Shown: piece after piece, positions 39,501 through 48,548 of the stretch | How positions within the stretch are numbered: position 1 is the first letter of the stretch | How the letters are laid out: every line of letters begins with the position of its first letter | NCBI GenBank assembly: GCA_963786935.1 | Contig: CAWBAN010000001.1 | Coordinates: forward strand, 224,001 to 288,000 | Direction: 5' to 3' | Source: an uncultured bacterium | Lineage (GTDB): Bacteria > Krumholzibacteriota > Krumholzibacteriia > Krumholzibacteriales > Krumholzibacteriaceae | DNA length: 64,000 nt | Notes under the pieces: generated by a model | What the model saw: the letters and a program-made list of their open reading frames with translations, nothing else | Database searches by the model: none | What the model was told of the DNA's origin: nothing | Position numbers and translations under genes: made by a program

Positions 39501-39677
39501 AGCACGCGGGCAGCGATCGGCCGATTCGGCTGTGGCGTCGATTCGAAGGGACACGTTCGCTCACCAGTTCCTTCCGGCCCGCGCGGGGGGCGCGCGCCTG
39601 ATATGAATGTAAGCCCTGGACGCGCCCCCCCGCAACCGATAAAATTTTAATTCATTCTGTCATAGCGAGTTGCCTCC

Positions 39678-39693
39678 TGGCACTAACAATGCT
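39678..39693 (+). promoter_or_regulatory. sigma54 (-24/-12) promoter candidate
   Basis: TGGCACTAACAATGCT = GG-N10-GC, preceded by an AT-rich tract, about 50 nt before the SBP start. Confidence 0.65.
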
Positions 39694-39744
39694 TCAGATT
39701 CCGGCGGGAGAGTATGCCTTAGGTTTTATCGCCGGGAGGATCGC

Positions 39745-41448
39745 ATGAGATCGCGGCGTTCGAGCATCGCCGTGCTTTGCCTGTTTCTCGTATGCGCGGC
39801 CGGATGCGGCAAGCGCGACCGGAACGGCGCGGGAGGCGCGCCGTCGGGCCGCAGTGCGTCCTCGGCCGGTCGAGAACGCAGCGGAGCCGCCGGCGCTCCC
39901 GAGCGCGGCGGCCGGCTCGTTATCGGCATGCAGCAGGAGCCCGAGATCCTCAACGAGGCCGTCAACTCCATGGTCGCTTCCGTCTACGTGTGCAACCTCA
40001 TCTTCAGCAAATTCGTGAAATACAATGATCGCCTCGAGCTCGTCCCCGACCTCATCGAGGAGATACCGACCGTCGAGAACGGCGGCATTTCGAGCGACTA
40101 TATCACCTACACGTACCGCATCCGGAGGAACGCCCGGTGGCACGACGGCGTTCCCGTCACGTCGTACGACGTGAAGTTCAGCTACGAGGTCATGATGCAC
40201 CCCGATATCAACGTCGAAACGCGGCAGGGATGGGACGTCGTCGATCGCGTGGAAACGCCCGATTCGTTCACGGTCGTCTTCCATCTGAGCCGGGTGTACT
40301 CGAATTTCGCCGGCGACTGCTTCTACGACGAATCGGTGCTGCCGCGGCACCTCCTCGCGGGCTCGCTCGGGCCGGATTTCCAGAACGCCGCGTTCCACCG
40401 GCGCCCGGTCGGCTCGGGGCCCTTCGTCTTCAAGGAGTGGGTGAGCGGCTCGCATATCGTCGTCCGCGCCAATCCGGACTACTACGGAGACGGTCCCTGG
40501 CTCGACGAGATCGTGATAAAATTCGTTCCCGAGGACGACGCGCTCCTCGTGCAGCTCGAGACCGGGGAGATAGCCGCGATCGATAACGCGCCGAACACGG
40601 CGCTCGCGGCCGCAGCGCAGCTGCCCGGCGCGCGGATCTTCCGGAACGCCGCGCTCTTCAACGAGCACCTCGATCTCAACTGCGAGCATCCGATTCTCCG
40701 CGACCGGCGCGTGCGGCGCGCGCTCGCGCTGGCGACCGACCGGCGGGAGATCTCGGACAAGATCTACGAAGGGGTCTGGATGCCGGCGTACGGTGACGAT
40801 TATCCGCGATCCGCGTATTACTCGGCCGCGGTCGAAACGCTCGACGCGTTCGATCCCGCGCGGGCCGCAGCGCTCCTCGCGGAGGCGGGATGGATCGACC
40901 GCGACGGCGACGGGATCCGCGAGAAGGACGGCACGCCGCTCGCGCTCTCGATCTCGGCGGTGACGGGCAATCTGAACCGCGAGCGCACCGAGATGGTGCT
41001 CCGGGAGCAGTACCGGCGGATCGGAGTCGATCTCGGGATCCGGAACTACACGCCCGGCGAGCTCTATGCGAGCTGGGACGAGGGGGGCGTTCTCCGGCGG
41101 GGCTCGTACGCCATCGCCCTGTACGCCGTCCTCACGCCGCCCGATCCGTCGAACAAGGACGGCACCTATTCCGAGGCGTTTATCCCGCCGAACGGGCAGA
41201 ACTTCACGCGCATCAGGAACGCGCGGCTCTCGCGCCTCCTCGCCGAGGGAAGCACGACGGTCGAGTTTTCCGCGCGCAAGCGGCTCTACGACGAGGCGGC
41301 CGCGATCGTGGCGGAGGAGGCGCCGGTGATTCCGCTCCTCTGGGTGACGCAGCTCGACGTGATGCCGCGCTCCCTCGTCGGCTATCGCCCCAATCCGACG
41401 CAGTCGGGAGACACGTGGAACGCGAATGAGTGGTGGCTGAAGAAATGA
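39745..41448 (+). CDS. Peptide ABC transporter substrate-binding lipoprotein (family 5)
   Basis: Lipobox CAAG-C; PDLIEEIPTVENGGIS, WHDGVPVTSYDVKFS, PVGSGPF, AGWIDRDGDGIREKDG. Confidence 0.92.
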   Translation: MRSRRSSIAVLCLFLVCAAGCGKRDRNGAGGAPSGRSASSAGRERSGAAGAPERGGRLVIGMQQEPEILNEAVNSMVASVYVCNLIFSKFVKYNDRLELVPDLIEEIPTVENGGISSDYITYTYRIRRNARWHDGVPVTSYDVKFSYEVMMHPDINVETRQGWDVVDRVETPDSFTVVFHLSRVYSNFAGDCFYDESVLPRHLLAGSLGPDFQNAAFHRRPVGSGPFVFKEWVSGSHIVVRANPDYYGDGPWLDEIVIKFVPEDDALLVQLETGEIAAIDNAPNTALAAAAQLPGARIFRNAALFNEHLDLNCEHPILRDRRVRRALALATDRREISDKIYEGVWMPAYGDDYPRSAYYSAAVETLDAFDPARAAALLAEAGWIDRDGDGIREKDGTPLALSISAVTGNLNRERTEMVLREQYRRIGVDLGIRNYTPGELYASWDEGGVLRRGSYAIALYAVLTPPDPSNKDGTYSEAFIPPNGQNFTRIRNARLSRLLAEGSTTVEFSARKRLYDEAAAIVAEEAPVIPLLWVTQLDVMPRSLVGYRPNPTQSGDTWNANEWWLKK

Positions 41449-43031
41449 AACGGCACATCCGGTGGCTGATCGTCGTGCTCATCGTCATCGTCGGCGCGAT
41501 CTCGATCGTCGAGCTGCTCCCCGGCGGGGAAGCGGCGGACGGTCCCGTCGTCAGGTTCTGGGGCGCCGCGCGGCGCGTGGGCGGCTCGTGCCTCATCGTC
41601 GAGAACGGGGGGACGAGATTCATCGTCGATTGCGGCGCGCTCGGGGAGGAGGGGGCGGGGGCGCTTCCCCCGCGGCCCGATTCGCTCGCCTTCGTCGTCG
41701 TCACGCACGCCCACATCGATCACGTGGGGCTCGTGGCGGAGCTCTTCGCCGCCGGATTCAAGGGGCGCGTCTACTGCACGCCGGGAACGGCGGCGCTCGC
41801 GCCGATCATGCTCGCGATGGAGCGCGGGATATCGCGCGAGAAGATTCCGCGCGAGACGTACGATCGCGCGCTCGCGAGCTTCGTCCCTGTGCCGTTCGGC
41901 AGAACGATCGTCGAGCGGGGCGTGTCGTTCCGGTTCTTCCGGGCCGAGCACCTGCTCGGCGCGGCCTCCATCGAGATGCTGCTCCCGTCGGGAGCCGATA
42001 CGGTGCGGCTCGTCGTGTCGGGGGACATCGGCGCGGGAAATTCGATCCTCCTTCCGGCCGCCGAAAGGCCGGGCCGCGCGGACTACGTCATCATGGAATC
42101 GACCTACGGCGGCATGGTGCGCGATCCGTCGCGCGCGGGGGGCGCAGCGGGACACGAAGCGTTCGCCGAGGCGATCGCCGGCGCGCTCCGGGCGGGCGGG
42201 GACGTGCTCGTCCCTTCCTTCACGCTCGGGAGGACGCAGGAGGCGATGGCCGTCATCGATCTGTTCATGCGGAAGGGGACCATTCCCCCCGGCACCGAGG
42301 TGTACGTCGACAGCCCCACGGCGCGGAAGATCACGTCGGTCTACCGGCGCCTGCGGGAGGAGCTCTCCGAGTACGCCCGGTCGGCGTATCCCGGAGAGAT
42401 CCTGCGGTTCCCCGAGCTGCGGGAGGTGCGGAGCCGCACGTCGCTCAAGGTGCACGGCCGCATCCACCGGCCGGCCATTTTCATTTCGTCGAGCGGCGAT
42501 CTCGCGCACGCGAACGCGCCGCGGCATCTCATGCGCATGTACGACGATCCGAAGAACCTCCTCTGCATCATCGGCTGGCAGCCCCCCGGCTCCCTCGGCG
42601 CGCGGCTCCTCGCCGGCGAGAGCCCCGTGCTCGTGGGGCATCAGGAGGGGAAGAAGTTCGAGCGCGACTGGATATCGCCCGCGATCGCAACGCGGGGATT
42701 TCACTCGTTCTCGGCGCACGCGGACGCCGCGGGACTCGTCGAGTGGCTCGGGGCCGCGACCGGCGTGCGGCGCGTCTTTCTCGTGCACGGCGACGAGGAT
42801 CAGGCGCTCGCGCTCGAGAAAACGATTCGCGAGAGGCTCGGCCTCGCGGTGACCGTGCCTCGGCGGGGAGATGGATTCGTGCTCACCGCGCGGCGGGGAG
42901 CGGTCGAGCGGCATTTCGCCGCGCCCGATGCGGCGCGGCCCGTTTCCCGCGCCCCGGCGGCGGGGCGTTCCGATTCGCTCGCGGCCGGGGGGGCCGCGCG
43001 GACCGGCGAGGCGTACGAGGGCGTCGAATGA
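41445..43031 (+). CDS. MBL-fold beta-CASP ribonuclease-like protein with N-terminal signal/anchor
   Basis: VDCG, THAHIDH, EHLLG, SGDIG, MESTYG, GRTQE, VDSP, FSAHAD, LVHGD; ATGA overlap with the SBP stop. Confidence 0.88.
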   Translation: MKRHIRWLIVVLIVIVGAISIVELLPGGEAADGPVVRFWGAARRVGGSCLIVENGGTRFIVDCGALGEEGAGALPPRPDSLAFVVVTHAHIDHVGLVAELFAAGFKGRVYCTPGTAALAPIMLAMERGISREKIPRETYDRALASFVPVPFGRTIVERGVSFRFFRAEHLLGAASIEMLLPSGADTVRLVVSGDIGAGNSILLPAAERPGRADYVIMESTYGGMVRDPSRAGGAAGHEAFAEAIAGALRAGGDVLVPSFTLGRTQEAMAVIDLFMRKGTIPPGTEVYVDSPTARKITSVYRRLREELSEYARSAYPGEILRFPELREVRSRTSLKVHGRIHRPAIFISSSGDLAHANAPRHLMRMYDDPKNLLCIIGWQPPGSLGARLLAGESPVLVGHQEGKKFERDWISPAIATRGFHSFSAHADAAGLVEWLGAATGVRRVFLVHGDEDQALALEKTIRERLGLAVTVPRRGDGFVLTARRGAVERHFAAPDAARPVSRAPAAGRSDSLAAGGAARTGEAYEGVE

Positions 43032-43068
43032 CGCGTGCGCGATCGATCGTTCGCGGAAGGATCCGGCT

Positions 43069-44064
43069 ATGAAGCACATCGCGAAACGGCTCGCGAGAAT
43101 CGTCCCCGTCGTCGTGCTCATCTCGATCGCGACGTTCGCGCTGCTGCATCTCGCGCCCGGCGGGCCCGCCGGCGTGCTCGCGGGGGGCGCGCGGATGAGC
43201 GAGAGCGACTTCGCGCGCATCGAGGGAAATCTCGGACTCGATAAGCCGCTTCCCGTGCAGTACCTCGTTTGGTTCAAGCGGGTGTTCCTGAATCTCGATT
43301 TCGGATCGAGCTACGCGACGGGCGAGCCCGTCTCACGGATGATCCTCGAGCGATTGCCCGCGACGCTCGAGCTCATGGGCGCGGCCTTCGCGCTCGCCCT
43401 CGTCCTCGGCGTCGCGATGGGGGTCGCCTCCGCCGTGCGCCGGGACGGGCCGCTCGATCAGATCTTCTCGCTCGCCTCGATTGCCGGGCTCTCGATGCCG
43501 GTCTTCTGGCTCGCGCTCGTCTCGATCTGGGTCTTTTCGCTGAAGCTCGGCGTCTTCCCGAGCGGCGGGCGGGAGACGATCGGCGCCGCGTGGAGCCTCG
43601 CCGATCGCCTCCGGCATCTCGCGCTTCCCGCGTGCGCGCTCTCGATCGGATTTCTCGCCTCGTGGAGCCGCTATACGAGGGCGCAGCTCCTCGGCGCGAT
43701 CAGGGGGGATTTCGTGCGCACGGCGCGGGCGAAAGGGCTGAGCGAGGCGTCGGTGATCTGGAAGCACGCCTTCCGGAACGCGGCGCTCCCGGTTCTCTCC
43801 GTGGTCGTTATGCAGCTCCCGGCGCTCTTCACCGGCGCCGTCATCACGGAGACCGTGTTCTCGTGGCCGGGGATGGGGCGGCTCTTCTACGACGGGCTCG
43901 CGCGGCACGACTACCCGCTCGTGCTCGGAATCGTCGTCATCGCCTCGTTCCTCATCATCGCCTTCAACGCGATCGGCGACATCCTGCAGACGGCGGTCGA
44001 TCCGAGGATATCGGCGGCCGGCCCGCGGGACGTTCCGGACGGGGCGGCGGAGGGTGCGGCATGA
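43069..44064 (+). CDS. Peptide ABC transporter permease (DppB-like)
   Basis: LAPGGP, LGLDKPL, DFVRTARAKGL, VFSWPGMG, DYPLVLG. Confidence 0.92.
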   Translation: MKHIAKRLARIVPVVVLISIATFALLHLAPGGPAGVLAGGARMSESDFARIEGNLGLDKPLPVQYLVWFKRVFLNLDFGSSYATGEPVSRMILERLPATLELMGAAFALALVLGVAMGVASAVRRDGPLDQIFSLASIAGLSMPVFWLALVSIWVFSLKLGVFPSGGRETIGAAWSLADRLRHLALPACALSIGFLASWSRYTRAQLLGAIRGDFVRTARAKGLSEASVIWKHAFRNAALPVLSVVVMQLPALFTGAVITETVFSWPGMGRLFYDGLARHDYPLVLGIVVIASFLIIAFNAIGDILQTAVDPRISAAGPRDVPDGAAEGAA

Positions 44065-44948
44065 ACGTGAACGCGCGCTGCGAATTCGCGAATGCCGGCA
44101 AAACGTTTGCGCCCGCGCGGGGCGTTCGTTTCGACCGCGGCGGATTCTTCGCCGCGGGCGGCGCCGCCTATTCGCTGATCCTCATCGTGCTCGTCCTCGT
44201 CCTTTCGACCTTCGCGCCCCTCTTCGTGCCGCACGGGCGGGACGCGATGGATCTCGACGCGATCCTCTCGCCGCCGTCGGCCGCGCATGTGCTCGGCACC
44301 GACGAGCTCGGGCGCGACGTCCTCACGCGGCTCGTATACGCGGGGCGCTTCAGCCTTCTCGTGGCCTTCTGCGCGGTGGGGATCGCGCTCGCGATCGGCG
44401 TGCTGCTCGGCGCGATCGCCGGGTATTTCGGCGGCGTCGCCGACGCGGCGGTCGCGGCCGTCATCGACGTGTTCCTCTCGATCCCCGTGTTTCTCGTGCT
44501 CCTCGTCGCGGCCTCCGCCGGCGGCGGGAGGCTCTGGATCGTGCCCCTCGTGATCGGGGGAACCTCGTGGATGGAGACGGCGCGCGTCGTTCGCTCGATC
44601 GTGCTGCCGCTGAAGGAGGAGGGCTTCGTCGCGGCGGCGCGGGCCGCCGGGGCGAAGGACGCCTCCATCGTCGTCCGCCACCTGCTGCCGCAGGCGATGC
44701 CCGCCGTCGTCGTGTCGGCGACGATCGGCTTCGCGCAGGCGATGCTCGTCGAATCGGCCCTGAGCTTCCTCGGCTTCGGCGTTCAGCCCCCCGTTCCCAC
44801 GTGGGGGAACATGCTTCAGAACGCGCACGCGTTCATCGGACGGGCGCCGCTCGCCGCGATCGCGCCCGGATTCATGATCTTCATCACGTGCCTCGCCTTC
44901 AACTATGTCGGCGAGGGGCTACGCAGGGAGCTTGCCATCGAGCGCTGA
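44061..44948 (+). CDS. Peptide ABC transporter permease (DppC-like)
   Basis: HVLGTDELGRDV, FVAAARAAGA, ESALSFLGFG..PTWGNML; ATGA overlap. Confidence 0.92.
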   Translation: MNVNARCEFANAGKTFAPARGVRFDRGGFFAAGGAAYSLILIVLVLVLSTFAPLFVPHGRDAMDLDAILSPPSAAHVLGTDELGRDVLTRLVYAGRFSLLVAFCAVGIALAIGVLLGAIAGYFGGVADAAVAAVIDVFLSIPVFLVLLVAASAGGGRLWIVPLVIGGTSWMETARVVRSIVLPLKEEGFVAAARAAGAKDASIVVRHLLPQAMPAVVVSATIGFAQAMLVESALSFLGFGVQPPVPTWGNMLQNAHAFIGRAPLAAIAPGFMIFITCLAFNYVGEGLRRELAIER

Positions 44949-44967
44949 TTCCGCTACCTTCATCCGC

Positions 44968-46002
44968 ATGAACGCCCGCATCAAAGCGATCGGCCTCGTC
45001 TCGGGAGGGCTCGACAGCGCGCTCGCCGTCGCGGTCGTGAAGCGCCTCGGCGTCGACGTCCTCGCGCTGCACGCCTCGATCGGATATTCGGCCGGCTTCA
45101 TGCGGGCAGAGATCGCGGGAGCGAAGCACGCCGATCTCATGGCGGAGGATGCGGCGCGCATGACGGCCGCCTTCGGCGTTCCGACGCGCGTCCTCGATCT
45201 CGTCGACGAGTACTTCGGCGTGCTGCTCCATCCCCGGCACGGCTACGGCGCGAACGTCAATCCGTGCATCGACTGCCACCTCTTCATGATCAGGAAGGCG
45301 AAGGAGGTCATGGAGCGGGAGGGGGGAAGGTTCGTCTTCACGGGAGAGGTGCTCGGCCAGCGGCCGATGTCGCAGAACTACAAGGCGCTCGAGCTCATCG
45401 ATCGCGAATCGGGGCTCGAGGGGCTCCTCGTGCGTCCGCTGAGCGCGAGGCTTCTCCCCGAGACGCTCGCGGAGAGGAACGGCTGGATTTCCCGCGACGG
45501 GCTCCTCGACATTCAGGGGCGCTCGCGGAGGCGCCAGATGGAGCTCGCCGCCGCGCTCGGCGTGAAGGGATACGCCTCGCCCGCGGGCGGATGTATGCTC
45601 ACCGACGAGCATTACGCAGGGAGGTTCAAGGACTGGATGAGGCATCGGGGGGGCGCGGCGCCCACGCACGAGGAGACGCTCCTCTTTTCGGTCGGCCGGC
45701 ATTTCAGGCTCTCGTCGGCGGTGAAGGCCGTGGTCGGCAGGCGCGAGGCGGAGAATCATTACCTCGAACGCGCGTGGAGCGCCGAATGGCTCGCCACACC
45801 GGTCGACGTTCCCGGACCGACGGTGCTCGTGCAGGGGCCGGCCGGCGACGAGGATCTGCGCCTCGCCGCGGCGCTCGTCGCGCGCTACAGCGACGCGAAG
45901 ACCGCGCCGTCGGTGAAGGTCGCCGTGCGAAAGGGAGACGAGGAGAGAATCTGCGACGCCGCGCCCGCGGCGGACGATCTGATCGAACGCCTGCGAATCT
46001 GA
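44968..46002 (+). CDS. PP-loop tRNA thiolation enzyme (ThiI/MnmA-like)
   Basis: SGGLDS PP-loop, NPCIDC, TGEVLGQRPMSQ, PAGGC, VGRHFR. Confidence 0.82.
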   Translation: MNARIKAIGLVSGGLDSALAVAVVKRLGVDVLALHASIGYSAGFMRAEIAGAKHADLMAEDAARMTAAFGVPTRVLDLVDEYFGVLLHPRHGYGANVNPCIDCHLFMIRKAKEVMEREGGRFVFTGEVLGQRPMSQNYKALELIDRESGLEGLLVRPLSARLLPETLAERNGWISRDGLLDIQGRSRRRQMELAAALGVKGYASPAGGCMLTDEHYAGRFKDWMRHRGGAAPTHEETLLFSVGRHFRLSSAVKAVVGRREAENHYLERAWSAEWLATPVDVPGPTVLVQGPAGDEDLRLAAALVARYSDAKTAPSVKVAVRKGDEERICDAAPAADDLIERLRI

Positions 46003-46066
46003 ACCGCCCGCGTAGCGAGCGTGGCCGCCGGGAATGGATGCGGCCGCCGCGCGCCAACCGCCGCCG

Positions 46067-46603
46067 CTAGACCTCTTCGCTCCAGAGCCTGCGGAGCTCG
46101 TCCTGTTTTTCGAGGTATCTGGTGATCAGCCGGCCGTGCGCCTCGAAGGCGAGCCGCGGCAGCTTGCCGATGGCGTAGAAGCGCACCTTCTCCGCGTCGT
46201 CCCCGGCGCGGGGCGTTCCCTCGAATCCCACGAACGAGTATCCGATGATGAGGAGCGAGGTGCCGTAGAATCTGCTCTCCTGGTAGATGATGTCGACGAG
46301 GGAAGGATCGCGCGCGACGATCCCGCACTCCTCCTCGAGCTCGCGGGCCGCCGCCGCGGCCGGGCTCTCGTGCATCTCGATGAATCCGCCCGGGAGCGCC
46401 CATTGGCTCTTTCCCGGCTCCCGGTTTCTGCGGACGAGAAGAATGCGCCCCGAGTCGTCGGTCACGATGCCCGTCGCCGCGGGAATGGGATTCTCGTAGA
46501 TGAAGCGCTGTTCCGCCTCGCAGAAGAGGCGCGAGCGGCCTTCGGATTCCCTCGTTCCGAGGGGCGCTCCGCAGAAATGGCAAAAGAGCTTCGGCTGTTT
46601 CAT
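46067..46603 (-). CDS. NUDIX hydrolase with N-terminal zinc-ribbon-like motif
   Basis: FCHFCG..YENP; Nudix box WALPGGFIEMHESP..AARELEEECG. Confidence 0.9.
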   Translation of the reverse strand: MKQPKLFCHFCGAPLGTRESEGRSRLFCEAEQRFIYENPIPAATGIVTDDSGRILLVRRNREPGKSQWALPGGFIEMHESPAAAAARELEEECGIVARDPSLVDIIYQESRFYGTSLLIIGYSFVGFEGTPRAGDDAEKVRFYAIGKLPRLAFEAHGRLITRYLEKQDELRRLWSEEV

Positions 46604-46639
46604 TGATCATGCTCCCGTGTGCGCCGGCGCGGCGCGCCG

Positions 46640-47326
46640 TCAGAAATTGTAGCCGACGAGGAGGGCGAAGCCGAGGTTCTTGCTGTTCCCGGGATTCACG
46701 GTTTCCGTGAAGCTCGAGCCTTCGAATTCCGTGGTCACCTCTCCTCCCGAGTAGACGTTGGTCAGGCCGAAGTCGAATCTCGCGTCGGCGGTGATCCCGC
46801 CGAGGCCGATGGCGTAGCGGCATCCCAGGCCGATCGAGAAGCAGACTTCCATTTTGTTCATGACGTCGGACCAATCGGACGATCCGGACCCGCTCTCGCC
46901 CGTTCTCGTATCCGAGAACTCGAGGTCCATGTCGGCGCCGAGGTTGATTCCCACACCCGGTCCCAGGAAAAAGTAGGGGCTGAAGCGGCTCCTTCCCGCG
47001 ACGGTGAGCTTCGCGAGAATGGGCATCTCGATATAGTCGAAACGCGCCGTGTAGTTCAGATCGTAGCCGGGGCCCTCGAGCCCGCCGTCGAGCCCCTTGG
47101 TGACGTAGAGGAGCTCGGGCTGCAGGCTGAAATATCGATTGAACGCATAATCCATATAGACGCCGCCCGCGAAGCCGTTCCTGAACGCGGTGTCCGGCCA
47201 GCCGGTGGGGACCTCCGTCGTATTGGATGTATAGATGCCCCCCTTGACTCCGAAGGATACGAAGGGCGCCGCCGCGGCGGAATGAGACAGAATCAGAATA
47301 ACGAAAACAAGTCCGATGCGCTTCAT
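46640..47326 (-). CDS. Outer membrane beta-barrel protein (PorT/porin-family-like, 8-stranded type)
   Basis: Signal peptide; FGVKGG, FSLQPELLY..KG, YIEMPILAK, PYFFLGP; ends LLVGYNF. Confidence 0.82.
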   Translation of the reverse strand: MKRIGLVFVILILSHSAAAAPFVSFGVKGGIYTSNTTEVPTGWPDTAFRNGFAGGVYMDYAFNRYFSLQPELLYVTKGLDGGLEGPGYDLNYTARFDYIEMPILAKLTVAGRSRFSPYFFLGPGVGINLGADMDLEFSDTRTGESGSGSSDWSDVMNKMEVCFSIGLGCRYAIGLGGITADARFDFGLTNVYSGGEVTTEFEGSSFTETVNPGNSKNLGFALLVGYNF

Positions 47327-47491
47327 GTGCGTCTCCTTGTGAGGTTTGTCGTCTCGACGATGCTTCGATTCTAGCCTCTTACGCGCCCGCGCGCAAGGCG
47401 CTTTGCGGCGCGAGGCGCATTTGCCGTTGCCCGGCCCGCGGTCTTCGGTTAGCATCGGGTGCGATCGCCCGAAACGAATACCGGGAGGCTC

Positions 47492-48427
47492 ATGAACAAG
47501 AGATTCGACGTCGTCGGCATCGGGTACACCGCGCTCGATCATCTCGGCATCGTGCCGCGTCTGCCCGAGGAGAACACGAAGCTCGAGGTGCGCGATTTCA
47601 CGATACAGGGGGGAGGTCCCACGGCGACCGCGATGGTCACCGTTCGGCGTCTCGGTCTCGAGGCCGCGTACGTCGGCAAGGTCGGCGACGACGGCTTCGG
47701 CGCGCGGATGCTCGAGGAGCTGCGCGCGGAGGACGTCGACGTGTCGTCGGTCGTCGTCGAGCGGGGCGCCACGTCCCAGTATGCGTTCATCATGGTCGAC
47801 GCGGTGAGCGCGGCGCGGACGATCCTCTGGACGCGGGGGAGCGTGTCGCTCTTGAAGGCGAATGAAGCCGATCTCGATCTCATCCGCTCGGCGCGGGGCC
47901 TCTTCATCGACGATCTCGAGCCCGAGGCGGCGCTCGTCGCCGCGCGAGCGGCCCGGGAAGCGGGGATTCCCGTGCTCATCGACGCGGGATCGCTCCGCGA
48001 GGGAGTCCGCGAGCTCCTGCCGCTGTGCGACTACCTCATCGCGAGCGAACGCTTCGCGGAGCAGATTTCGGGGGGCACGGATATCCGCGCGGCGCTCGCG
48101 GCGCTCGACGCGTTCGGTCCGAAGGTGTCGGTCGTGACGCTCGGCGAGAAGGGCTGCGCATATCTTTCGGGCGCGGACGTCGTCGAGGTGCCGGGATTCG
48201 CCGTGAAGGCGGTCGACACGACGGGGGCCGGCGACGTCTTCCACGGCGCGTATCTCTTCGCCGTCCTCGAAGGGCTCGACACGATGCGCGCCTGCGTCTT
48301 CGCGAACGCCGTCGCGGCGCTCAAATGCCGCAGGCTCGGCGGCCGCGCCGGCATTCCGACCCTCTCCGAAACGCTCGCGTTTCTCGAGCGCGAGCGCCCC
48401 GGCCTCGACTTTTCCCTGAGAAGCTAG
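47492..48427 (+). CDS. PfkB family carbohydrate kinase (ribokinase/YihV-like)
   Basis: GGPTATA..RLG..GKVGDDGFG, VTLGEKG, VDTTGAGDVFHG. Confidence 0.92.
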   Translation: MNKRFDVVGIGYTALDHLGIVPRLPEENTKLEVRDFTIQGGGPTATAMVTVRRLGLEAAYVGKVGDDGFGARMLEELRAEDVDVSSVVVERGATSQYAFIMVDAVSAARTILWTRGSVSLLKANEADLDLIRSARGLFIDDLEPEAALVAARAAREAGIPVLIDAGSLREGVRELLPLCDYLIASERFAEQISGGTDIRAALAALDAFGPKVSVVTLGEKGCAYLSGADVVEVPGFAVKAVDTTGAGDVFHGAYLFAVLEGLDTMRACVFANAVAALKCRRLGGRAGIPTLSETLAFLERERPGLDFSLRS

Positions 48428-48433
48428 TGCGTC

Positions 48434-48499
48434 GCCGGACATTCCCGCTCCGAGCCCAGTCGCGGAGCTCCAATGGGCTCGTTCGCGGGAATGTCCGGC
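48434..48499. repeat. Long imperfect inverted repeat between convergent genes
   Basis: GCCGGACATTCCCGC...GCGGGAATGTCCGGC (15-bp perfect outer arms) plus inner CGAGCCCA/TGGGCTCG. Confidence 0.85.
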
Positions 48500-48548
48500 C
48501 CCGGCACTGGTAGCGGGTGATGCTGGTGGGGTCCCCGCCCGCGCGCCG

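Noticed and set aside
48434..48545. SRP RNA, 6S RNA or tRNA-Sec
   Set aside because: Lacks the SRP domain IV motif (CAGG..GGAA..AGCAG) and tRNA arms; too short and too perfectly paired for 6S.
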